Part shown: positions 19,812 to 29,281 of the stretch, one piece after another
How the letters are laid out: every line of letters begins with the position of its first letter
Position numbering within the stretch: the first letter of the stretch is position 1
Assembly (NCBI GenBank): GCA_963734545.1
Contig: CAVTHO010000007.1
Span: 480,001 to 544,000 of the forward strand
Reading direction: 5' to 3'
DNA length: 64,000 nt
Origin: an uncultured Spirochaetota bacterium
Lineage (GTDB): Bacteria > Spirochaetota > Spirochaetia > SZUA-6 > Fen-1364
The notes under the pieces: generated by a model
What the model was told of the DNA's origin: nothing
Seen by the model: only the letters and a program-made list of their open reading frames with translations
Database searches by the model: none
Translations under genes and position numbers: made by a program

Positions 19812-20854
19812 TTTCAATTGAAACTGCACGTATCGGAACCGGGAGTCCCCCCTTTATCGTTGCCGAAATGTCGGGCAACCACAACCGTTCACTGGAAACC
19901 GCCCTTGCAATTGTGGACGCGGCGGCACGCAGCGGCGCGCATGCCCTGAAGCTGCAGACATACACGCCGGACACAATGACGCTCGACCTTTCCACGGCTG
20001 ACTTCACTATCAACGAGGAAGGAAGCCCGTGGAAAGGTGAAACGCTCTATCAGCTCTACGCAAAGGCATATACTCCCTGGGATTGGCACCGACCCATCCT
20101 CGACCGCTGCAGGAAGCTCGGCATCCTTGGGTTCAGCACGCCGTTCGATGAAACGGCGGTAGATTTTCTCGAGACGTTGGATGTCCCCTGCTACAAAGTG
20201 GCATCATTCGAGCTGATCGATCAGAGACTCTTGAAAAGAATTGCGCGGACGGGAAAGCCCGTCATCCTTTCAACCGGCATGGCCAGCCTCGCGGAGCTTG
20301 ACGAGTCCGTGTCGACTCTTCGGAGCAGCGGGTGCCGAAATCTGGTATTGCTCAAATGCACAAGCTCTTACCCGGCCCCGCCAGATCGCAGCAATATCCT
20401 GACCATACCTCACATGAATAAACTCTTCGGTTGCGAGGTCGGATTGTCCGACCATACGAGAGGAATCGGCACAGCGGTAGCTGCCGTTGCGCTCGGCGCC
20501 TCCGTGATCGAAAAGCACTTCACGCTCGCGCGCGCCGACGGCGGAGTGGATGCCGAGTTCTCTCTGGAGCCCGACGAGCTTTCCGCGCTGGTGCGCGAAT
20601 GCCATTCCGCGTGGCAGGCGCTCGGTACGATCAGCTACGGAATTCTCAGCGAGGAACGAAACTCGATCCGGTTTCGTCGATCGCTCTACATCGTCGCTGA
20701 TATGAAGGAAGGGGAGCCCTTCTCACACGACAATATCCGTTCAATCCGGCCGGGATGGGGTCTGCCCCCCAAGTACTTCGATATTCTCCTGGGAAAACGC
20801 GTGACCAGAAGCGTCGCCAAAGGGACTCCCGTGAGTTGGGATCTCATCCAATGA
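19808..20854 (+). CDS. pseI: Pseudaminic acid synthase (NeuB family with SAF domain)
   Basis: AEMSGNHN, KLQTYT, STPFD, KCTSSYP, GLSDHT, IEKHF and IRPGWGL motifs. Confidence 0.92.
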   Translation: MISIETARIGTGSPPFIVAEMSGNHNRSLETALAIVDAAARSGAHALKLQTYTPDTMTLDLSTADFTINEEGSPWKGETLYQLYAKAYTPWDWHRPILDRCRKLGILGFSTPFDETAVDFLETLDVPCYKVASFELIDQRLLKRIARTGKPVILSTGMASLAELDESVSTLRSSGCRNLVLLKCTSSYPAPPDRSNILTIPHMNKLFGCEVGLSDHTRGIGTAVAAVALGASVIEKHFTLARADGGVDAEFSLEPDELSALVRECHSAWQALGTISYGILSEERNSIRFRRSLYIVADMKEGEPFSHDNIRSIRPGWGLPPKYFDILLGKRVTRSVAKGTPVSWDLIQ

Positions 20855-20978
20855 ACACGGCGACATCGCTCTCAGTTGCGCTGCCGCCAAGCGACCTGCC
20901 ACGCCGATCTAGGTAGAAGACTGGGCTACCGCTGAGCTCAAATCGCGATTGTTGTCCGACAAGGAGGACGGGTAGGCC

Positions 20979-21584
20979 ATGGTTGCCATTATCGACTACG
21001 GCATGGGCAATGTCGCATCGGTGTCCAACGCCTTGCGGCACCTGGGAGCCGATACGTGCGTTACTGACGACGCAGCCGTCATCGACACAGCGGATCGGAT
21101 TATTCTCCCCGGGGTAGGCGCCTTTGGAGACGGGATGATGAACATCCGCAAGCGCGGTCTCGAGACAATATTACGTGAACAAGTCCTCGAGAAAGGGAAA
21201 CTTTTTCTTGGTATTTGCCTGGGAATGCAGCTCATCTGCACGGAGAGCGCCGAGTTCGGGCGTCACGAAGGACTTGGGTGGATCAACGCATCGGTCAGAC
21301 AACTGCCTCTCGACAAATGCAGCCGGGTTCCGCACATAGGGTGGAATGATATTGCAATCGCGTGCCCCAATCCGCTGATTACCCTAAAAAGCATCACTGA
21401 CTACTACTTCGTTCATAGCTATTACGTGGATTGCCATGACCCCTCCGACGTCATTGCCACCTGCGAATACGGAATCCCGATCGTCGCGGCAATCGGCCGC
21501 GGCAGGATCTTCGGGACGCAGTTTCATCCGGAGAAAAGCCAGACGGCAGGGCTTGCCCTGCTTTCCAACTTTCTCGCACTTTGA
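20979..21584 (+). CDS. hisH: Glutamine amidotransferase subunit, HisH-like (WbuY type)
   Basis: IIDYGMGN, LPGVGAF, GICLGMQ, YFVHSY and QFHPEKS motifs; cluster-embedded paralog. Confidence 0.9.
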   Translation: MVAIIDYGMGNVASVSNALRHLGADTCVTDDAAVIDTADRIILPGVGAFGDGMMNIRKRGLETILREQVLEKGKLFLGICLGMQLICTESAEFGRHEGLGWINASVRQLPLDKCSRVPHIGWNDIAIACPNPLITLKSITDYYFVHSYYVDCHDPSDVIATCEYGIPIVAAIGRGRIFGTQFHPEKSQTAGLALLSNFLAL

Positions 21585-21597
21585 CCGGAAAAAGCGC

Positions 21598-22407
21598 ATG
21601 CTCAAACGAAGGCTGATTCCACTACTCTTCTTTAAAAACGGTCTGATTGTCCGCAGTGAGCAGTTCTCCTATCACCAGAACCTGGGAAACGTAGTTGACG
21701 AAGCCCAGCGATACAGCGACTGGCACGTCGATGAGCTGGTGTACATCGACATCACCCGGGAAGGCGAGTATGACCTTCGCAGGGACGATCTGAAAGTGAA
21801 GAGCAGCGCGACCGTCAGCGCGTTGCTCAGGCAGATTTCAGAGGTCTGCTACATGCCTTTGACCTTCGGCGGAGGCATCCGCTCGGTCGAAGACATACGC
21901 ATCCGGATCTCGAACGGCGCTGACAAGGTAACCCTGAACACCGTGTTCCTGACCAACCCAGAGGTCGCTTCAGAGGGAGCAAGACTGTTCGGCAGCCAGT
22001 GCATTGTGGCCTCGATCGACTATCGAATGAGAGAAGGAGGATCCGTGGTGTATGTGGAGAACGGGGCGAAGAGCACAGGCGCGAGCGTCATGGAATGGAT
22101 CCGTCGGGTGGAGGACTACGGCGCGGGGGAAATCCTCCTCAATGCGATTGATCGCGATGGCATGGCGAACGGCTATGATCTTGATACCATTCGTGCCGCT
22201 GTTGCCTCCACCACGCTCCCCGTCATTGCAGCGGGCGGCGCAGGCGTCTTCGACGATTTTGTCGAGGTTGCGCTCGAAACAAATGTATCAGCAATCGCTG
22301 CTGGAAACATTTTCCATTTCACGGAAAACAGCTACCCGCGCGCGAAAAGGCATCTGCTGAAAAGCAAGGTCGATGTCCGTCCCCAGTATGAGGGTGCAAC
22401 AGAATGA
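21598..22407 (+). CDS. hisF: HisF-like cyclase subunit (WbuZ type)
   Basis: MLKRRLIP, PLTFGGGI, GADKV, GAGEILLNAIDRDG and PVIAAGG motifs. Confidence 0.88.
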   Translation: MLKRRLIPLLFFKNGLIVRSEQFSYHQNLGNVVDEAQRYSDWHVDELVYIDITREGEYDLRRDDLKVKSSATVSALLRQISEVCYMPLTFGGGIRSVEDIRIRISNGADKVTLNTVFLTNPEVASEGARLFGSQCIVASIDYRMREGGSVVYVENGAKSTGASVMEWIRRVEDYGAGEILLNAIDRDGMANGYDLDTIRAAVASTTLPVIAAGGAGVFDDFVEVALETNVSAIAAGNIFHFTENSYPRAKRHLLKSKVDVRPQYEGATE

Positions 22408-23641
22408 GCAAGGTACCTCCCAAAATGACCTACTGCACCCGGTGCGTTTACCCGGCCTCGTCCGCCGTGCCGCTGGCGTTCGACGAGAACGGCGTCTGTT
22501 CCGGATGCAGAACCTCCATGCAACGCGAAGCCGTTGACTGGGATCGGCGGCGAAAGCAGTTCGGGCGCATTTGTGATCAGTACAGGTCCGCGGATGGCAC
22601 CCGCTACGACTGTCTCATCCCCGTTTCCGGTGGCAAGGACAGCTATTTTCAGATCCACACAATGAAGAACGTGTTCGGCATGCACCCGCTTCTGGTGACC
22701 TATCACGGGAACAACTATACAGAGACGGGGATGAAGAACCTGCTTAACATGCGCGAGGTTTTTGGCTGCGATCACATATTCTTCACTCCCAGCATAGAGG
22801 TGCTGGTCAAGCTGAATCGGATCGGCTTCAAGCTTATGGGTGATATGAACTGGCACGCGCATGCAGGGATCTTCACCTATCCTGTACGCGCCGCGGTGCA
22901 GATGAATGTGCCGCTCATGATCTGGGGAGAGCATGGGTTCATGGACCTTGGCGGCATGCATTCGTACAACGATTTTGTTGAGTTCACCTATCGTCACCGG
23001 CACGAGCACAGTCTCCGGGGTTTCGAATGGTACGACATGACGGACGAAGGCCTCGAGAAGCTCAACAGGCCGGATTCGCCGGGAGGGGCTTACCGCCCAG
23101 GATCTCATTGCCCTGGATGTACCCAAACGACGCGGAAATCGAGCGGGTCGGGGTGCGGGGGATTTTTATGTCCAATTACATTCGCTGGGAAGCAAACGAG
23201 CATGGTCCGATGGTGGTCGAGCGCTACGGTTTCAAGGGGGCCGAGACTCCCTTCGAGCGGACATATCGGAGGCTATCGAATCTCGACGACATGCATGAGA
23301 ATGGTATGCACGATTACCTCAAGTTCATCAAGTTCGGCTACGGACGCGCATCGGATCATGTGTGTAAGGACATTCGCGCAGGGAAGCTGACGAGGGAACA
23401 GGGGATCGAGATTATCATGAAAATGGACCCGATCAAGTCCCGCGATTTGCAGCGGTGGCTGCCCTACGTCAACATGAGCGAGGAAGAGTTCGACCGCATT
23501 GCGGACACATTCCGCGACCCGCGGGTCTGGTGGATCAGGAAGGGTGAGTGGTGGAAGGCTAACATTACCGGCTCACCTTCCGCGTATGGCAGCGTCAATC
23601 TTCCGCGAGATCAGTGGGATCGGTATTACGTCGAAGAGTGA
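22404..23641 (+). CDS. N-acetyl sugar amidotransferase (WbuX/PseA/WbpG family; frameshift ~23095)
   Basis: CTRC..CSGC Zn motif, YDCLIPVSGGKDS (PP-loop) and WGE; continues in ORF 23027..23641 with HDYLKFIKFGYGRA and IRAGKLTREQG. Confidence 0.88.
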
Positions 23642-23648
23642 AGTACTC

Positions 23649-23909
23649 ATGGTCCTACTGGGACCGGGAATCCAACGGCACCTTCGGAGAACCATGAACG
23701 CGCAGACTGTCTACCGGTCCGGAGCATTTGGCGAGCGGTACCGCCCTCGTAAGACGGAGTTCGATGATGAACTGCAGCGGGTGGAGAGGCCGGAGAAGCT
23801 CTCCCGCGTTGATCCGGATTCGATACGCTCCGTGCCGGAGTGCGGCAGTGCGGGGAAATGGACCGACTGGCAGCCGGCAATATCCGCATGATGAATCTCA
23901 GGGCTGACG
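23649..23909 (+). pseudogene. Possible remnant of a pseudaminic-acid-associated methylase
   Basis: YRSGAFGERYRPRK...SIRSVPECGS and nearby GNIRMMNLRA resemble a degraded W.G.FG..Y..RN / I.SVLE.G.N.G.NL.A pattern; the ORF is short and truncated. Confidence 0.35.
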
Positions 23910-23923
23910 GGAGGTCATTTGCC

Positions 23924-24961
23924 ATGGCACTTTTTTCAGAAAAAGAAATACGACCGCCAAATGTGCTTGTTGGGCAGCAGATTGCGATCAGGCAGGATAT
24001 CGGCTTCCTGCTCAGCAGGTATGATCAGTTCGTGAAGACCGCATGTCCTGCATGCCGAGGGGTCACAACCAAGCCCCATCTCGCGAAGCACGGGTTCACC
24101 TATGACCTGTGCAATTCGTGCGGGACGGTCTTCATGAATCCTCGCGCACCGGAGGCTGTTCTGGCGGATTTCTACCGCGCGTCGGCCAACTATGCATACT
24201 GGAACAAGTACATCTTTCCCGCTTCGGCAACGGTGCGGAGGGAACGGATATTCCGGCCGCGGGTGGAGAAAATCATTGACATCTGCGAACGTCACACGAT
24301 ACGCATGGGTGTATTGGTGGAGATCGGGTCTGGATTCGGAACTTTTCTGGAGGAGATGACATTAAAAGGAGCCTTCGAGACAGTCCTGGGGATCGAGCCA
24401 ACGCCGGACCTTGCGCGAACTTGTAGAGAGAAGGGGCTGAAGATCGTCGAGCGCACCGTCGAAGAGGCAGCGCGGGACGGGACACTCCCTCAGGCGGACG
24501 TCATCGTCTCTTTCGAGGTCATCGAGCACCTTTTCGATCCTGGCGCGTTCGTCGAATATTGCGGACGCCTTCTTGTCCCAGGGGGAGTATTCGTTTCCAC
24601 GTGCCCCAACTGGGAGGGTTTCGATCTTCAGGTGCTCGGAACAGTATCCGATGCAATCGATCATGAGCACGTCAACTACTTCACTCCGAGCTCGATCGCC
24701 ACTCTTTGTCGTGACCGAGGCCTGATCCCGCTCGGCATTGAGACCACGGGAGAGTTGGATGCTGAGATAGTCAGGAATAAGGTGCTGGAGGGACGGTTTT
24801 CCCTGGATTCCAATCCGTTCCTCAAAAGAGTGCTCGTGGACAGATGGGAAGATCTCGGTGGATCGTTTCAGGAGTTTCTCAAGAAGTCGAATCTCTCGTC
24901 GAACATGACCATCGTCGCCATAAAACCGAGGCTCGACGATTCTCCGCCTTCGGTCAGTTGA
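23924..24961 (+). CDS. Class I SAM methyltransferase with N-terminal Zn ribbon
   Basis: CPAC...CNSC, VEIGSGFG and FEVIEHL motifs. Confidence 0.88.
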   Translation: MALFSEKEIRPPNVLVGQQIAIRQDIGFLLSRYDQFVKTACPACRGVTTKPHLAKHGFTYDLCNSCGTVFMNPRAPEAVLADFYRASANYAYWNKYIFPASATVRRERIFRPRVEKIIDICERHTIRMGVLVEIGSGFGTFLEEMTLKGAFETVLGIEPTPDLARTCREKGLKIVERTVEEAARDGTLPQADVIVSFEVIEHLFDPGAFVEYCGRLLVPGGVFVSTCPNWEGFDLQVLGTVSDAIDHEHVNYFTPSSIATLCRDRGLIPLGIETTGELDAEIVRNKVLEGRFSLDSNPFLKRVLVDRWEDLGGSFQEFLKKSNLSSNMTIVAIKPRLDDSPPSVS

Positions 24962-24982
24962 TATGAAGCTGCAGGACATCAC

Positions 24983-26681
24983 ATGAAAGCCATCTTTCGG
25001 TGGATTCGCCAAACCGGTGGTCTTGTTCTGCGCGCCTTGCGACTGCGACGGAGTTCGCTTGGTACAGCCCTCAGGCGTTTTCTCTCGCGCCATCGGACTG
25101 ACGCGGATGAGAACCCGATGATCCTTGCCTGGGAGCTTGGGGGATTTCCAGGTCTTTTCAAGAAGAACGCGATTCTGGCAACGGCACTGCGAGTCAGAGG
25201 CTATAGGACGCACGCGATCCTCTGCAACGGCATTGCCCGAGCCTGTATCCAGAGAGGGCTCGAGGAGAAACTGGAAATCCGGGGACTGGGGGAAAGTCTG
25301 AAGAGGATGCCTTGCCTCCATGACAGCAGTCGCGAGAACTTACGACATGTCGTATTCAACCGTGGGCCGCTATGTCAGCCGGCGCACGAGGCGAGTCTTC
25401 AGGCGGTTGTCCGCATCGCTCGGTAGGGAGGCGATGTTCCGTTACAAGTACCTTGGCGTCAACGTGGGCGAGCTCGCCTGGAGTTCCCTCAACCGGTACA
25501 TGAAGGGTTTCATCATCGACATTGTGCAGATGCGCGAGCAGGAGGAACTTCTCTTCCGCGAGTACTTCTACGCGGCTCTCGTAAACACGCATGCGGCGCA
25601 AGAGGCAGTTCGTCGATTTGCTCCCCAGAGCATATATACATCGCACGGCGTTTATGTAGACTATGCGCCTCCCATGACGGTCTCGATTCTCAACGGGGTC
25701 AAGTCGATAAGCTGGGCCAGCGGCTACGCCAACTCGCTGCACTACTTCACTGTACCGAAGGGAACGAACAAGCTCGAGCTGACAGGGATCTCTGAGAGTG
25801 CATGGAGAAAACGGCTCGCGAAACCGCTGGACGGATTCGAGCAAGAGCGGCTGGACCGATACATAACGAACAGGTACTACAGGTTCAATGCTCGAGACAT
25901 CAAGATCACCGCACCCCCCGTAGAACGACAGGAAATCCGTCGCGCGCTGGGTATCGAGAACGACAGACCAGTTGTTTGCCTGTTTACACATATCAATTGG
26001 GATGCCTGCTTCGACCTTGGAACAATGCTCGTTCGACACCGCGAATCAGTGGGTTGTCGAATCGCTGCGGATGATGATCGCCACCACAAACGTGAACTGG
26101 TTGGTGGAATTCATCCAGCGGAGCAAACCGAGGGCAGCCTTTATACCACGGACGATCTGATCAGACGAGAATTCCCCGCGCTCCCGCCCCACATCAAAGT
26201 TCTCTGGCATGACTCCGGCATCAATTCGCTGTCGGTTTTCAGAGTGGTCGATGTGGGTATCACCATTTTCGGCACAGTGGGCGTGGAATTATCCTTGCTC
26301 GGCAAATCGGTCATCCTCGCAGGAAACGCCCATTTCTCCGGAAAGGGATTCACGATCGATCCAAAGAGCCGTTCGGAATACTTGGCACTACTCGAGCAGG
26401 CGGAGCAGATAGGACCACCCGCGCCCGAACAGCAACAGATCGCCCGACAGTATGCCTACAGCTACTTTATTGAGCGGCAGATACCCCTGAGCCAACTGGA
26501 TAAAGCGCGAGGTAATTGGGGCGACGTCGATATTCGAAGGATTGCAGACATGCTGCCTGGGAAAGACCCGGTCCTCGACCGCATCTGCGAATCGATCGTG
26601 AGAGGAACTGATGTTATCCTGGACGAGAGTGAGATTTCCCGGCACGAGTCGGAGGGCAGGCCTGCTGTTGATAAAGTTTGA
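24983..26681 (+). CDS. Capsule biosynthesis KpsC/KpsS-like (PF05159-like) protein, candidate ulosonic-acid transferase (frameshifts ~25290, ~26030, ~26107)
   Basis: SHGVY, INWDA, (R)IHPAE, GTVGVE, G.AHFSGKGFT and YAYSYF. The segment FDTANQWVVESL...WLV lies in another frame between two compensating shifts. Confidence 0.6.
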
Positions 26682-26726
26682 GATAGCACATTTGCCGCGG
26701 TATTCTCACCTGAAGCAGGACAAGGG

Positions 26727-28183
26727 ATGAGCATGAAACGGCTCGCCGGCTTCGACAACCACGGTAAGCTCTATGACGACGGATCGCGCATGCGGCGCTC
26801 GGTCGACCAGGACCATCTCGCCTCCGCGCTGGGCGTGTTCGAGGCATTGAAGAGCGACTTGTCTCGACTTGGTATCGTGGAGACAGAGTATAGCCCGGAA
26901 GAAAACATGTTTGCCCACAAGAAGCACATAATAAGCTATCCGCACGAATGGACTGCGGGCATGCTCAAGGAGGCTGCGCTCTTTCATCTCGACCTTCTGA
27001 GGAAGCTCGATGAGAAAGACATCACCTTGAAGGACGCGCTCCCCGCGAATATTGTGTTCGATTTCACGACCCCGATATTCGTGGACTTCCTGTCTCAGGT
27101 AGGGAGAGAGGCGCTCGACCATGAAGATTGGGTCGTCACGGCAGCCGGGAAAAAATTCCGAGACTTCAGGCGCGCAATTCTGAAATGGATGTATCGTCCC
27201 TATTTCCTGGTTCCCCTTCTCGAGATGGGTCGGCGGCACTATCGCGTTGCGCGCACCCAGCTCTCTACGCAAGCCTGCAACATGGGCACCGACAGCCCGC
27301 GGCTCGAAATGCGCAGTGCCGCGCGACGAGTGCTCGACTTGGTCAAGGCCTTCGTCGGCATCAGGAACAACCGAATCGCAGAGACCCTGATATTATTGAA
27401 TGTCCGGCGGATTCTCGATGGGCGGCGCGGCGTGGGTTTCATACCGGATATCGGCCGCCTACAGCGGCTGATCCGCCGGTTGGACGTCACGCCATCAAGA
27501 AGCGGCTACTCGAGGTACTACGAGCTCAAAAACGAGGACTTCGACACTGTCAGCCAATCCGCTGGAAGCCGAAGCAGGTCAATGCTTTCAAGGTGCTCCA
27601 GCAGATCCGTCCGAGACGGGTCCTCGACATCGGAGCAAACACCGGGTGGTACTCGGTACTGGCGGAAAAGCAGGGTGCAGAGGTCATTGCCACGGACGTC
27701 GACGAGTCGTCCATTGAGACTCTCTACCAGTATTCCCGAGATCGCGGGCTGAGAATTCTTTCGCTGAATATCCCATTCGAGGCTCTGGAGACACAGATAT
27801 TCGCTAAGCCCTACCCGGCACCTGGGGAGAATAAAATCGACGGGGAGATTCCTTTGTTCATGAGTGCGACCGAACGACTCAAGGCGGACTTGGTGTTCTG
27901 CCTCGGGCTCATGCACCACCTGGTTCTTGGAGCGGGGATGCCCCTCGACCAGGTATTCAGTACCCTCGACAAACTAACGAGCAGGGCGCTGTTGCTGGAG
28001 TTCGTAGGCTTGGACGATCCCCTGGTCGTAGCCGACCCTTCCTTTTTTCCTTCAATATCCCAGCACAATGATTCTACCTATAGCCTGAATTTGACGATCA
28101 ATGCAGGGCTCAGGTGCTTCAAGACGTATCGTTTGCTTGATTCGAATCCAGACAGCAGGAAACTTATTGTTTTCGAGAAGTAG
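26727..28183 (+). CDS. NoeA-like protein: kinase-like N-domain plus SAM methyltransferase C-domain (frameshift ~27560)
   Basis: ISYPHEW, LKDALPANIVF and FVDF in the first frame; VLDIGANTGWYS and LGLMHHL in the second. Confidence 0.7.
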
Positions 28184-28221
28184 GTCCTGTTGCTATTCAG
28201 TCAGGATCCGTAATGGGGAGG

Positions 28222-29265
28222 ATGGTAGTGGGAAAGATACTCATTACAGGTTGCGCAGGCTTCATTGGCGGGCATCTGACCAGCCATTTTCTAGGCCGAG
28301 GATTCGATGTCGTCGGCGTTGACAACCTTTCTCGCAATGGGAGCAGAGCGAATCTGGAGTGGCTCAAGCCGAGGGGATTGCGTTTTTTCGATGCCGACAT
28401 CAGGGACTTTCGCCGTCTCTCCGAAGTATTCACGCAGAACGGTGAGTTTGATCTGGTCATCCATGAGGCTGGGCAAGTCGCGGTCACGACCAGTGTTACG
28501 GATCCTCGCAACGATTTTGAGATAAACGCTCTAGGGACCTTCAACGTTCTTGAAGCGACCAGGCTCTTTTCACCCGGGGCTTTTTTTGAGTTTGCTTCCA
28601 CAAACAAGGTATACGGAGAAATGCTGGACATCCAGGTCGTCGAAAGGAACGGTCGGTATGACTATGAAAGAATCGGCACCGGAGTCGATGAAGCGCAGCC
28701 TCTGGATTTTCACTCTCCGTATGGATGCTCGAAAGGGGCCGCTGACCAATACGTGAGGGACTATAGCCGCATATATGGCTTGAAGACGGTCGTCCTGAGG
28801 CAGTCTTGTATCTACGGAACGAGACAATTCGGAATCGAGGACCAGGGGTGGGTCGCATGGTTTGCTATCGCGTCGCTCTTGAACAAGTCGATATCGATCT
28901 ACGGCGACGGCAAGCAATGCAGGGATATCCTTTGGATTGACGATCTGGTGGACGCGTACAGCCTTTTGTACGACAGGAAAGAGGACGTCGCCGGTCAAGT
29001 GTTCAATGTAGGCGGAGGACCTGACAATGTGCTATCTCTGCTCGAGTTGGTTGACTTGCTGAAAGAAGAAGGCCTGATGCAGCGTACGCCGGGGTTCGCA
29101 AATTGGCGGCCAGGCGATCAAAAGGTGTTCGTTTGCGATGTCGGCAAGATATGGAAAGCGATATCATGGCGACCAAAGACAGGCCCTGCAGAAGGTGTGA
29201 GCAGGTTGATCGCATGGTGCCGAGACAATCGCCCAATGCTGGAGAGCATACTCTCCCCGGCATAG
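28222..29265 (+). CDS. CDP-paratose 2-epimerase (RfbE/Tyv)-like NAD-dependent epimerase
   Basis: TGCAGFIG, AGQVAVTTS, STNKVYG, DFHSPYGCSKGAADQY and DQGW motifs. Confidence 0.85.
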   Translation: MVVGKILITGCAGFIGGHLTSHFLGRGFDVVGVDNLSRNGSRANLEWLKPRGLRFFDADIRDFRRLSEVFTQNGEFDLVIHEAGQVAVTTSVTDPRNDFEINALGTFNVLEATRLFSPGAFFEFASTNKVYGEMLDIQVVERNGRYDYERIGTGVDEAQPLDFHSPYGCSKGAADQYVRDYSRIYGLKTVVLRQSCIYGTRQFGIEDQGWVAWFAIASLLNKSISIYGDGKQCRDILWIDDLVDAYSLLYDRKEDVAGQVFNVGGGPDNVLSLLELVDLLKEEGLMQRTPGFANWRPGDQKVFVCDVGKIWKAISWRPKTGPAEGVSRLIAWCRDNRPMLESILSPA

Positions 29266-29281
29266 TTTCCGAGATAGAGAC

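Noticed and set aside
20979-22407. hisH/hisF as a histidine biosynthesis operon
   Set aside because: No other his pathway genes are adjacent; the pair sits beside a WbuX-type amidotransferase, the known ammonia-tunnel arrangement.
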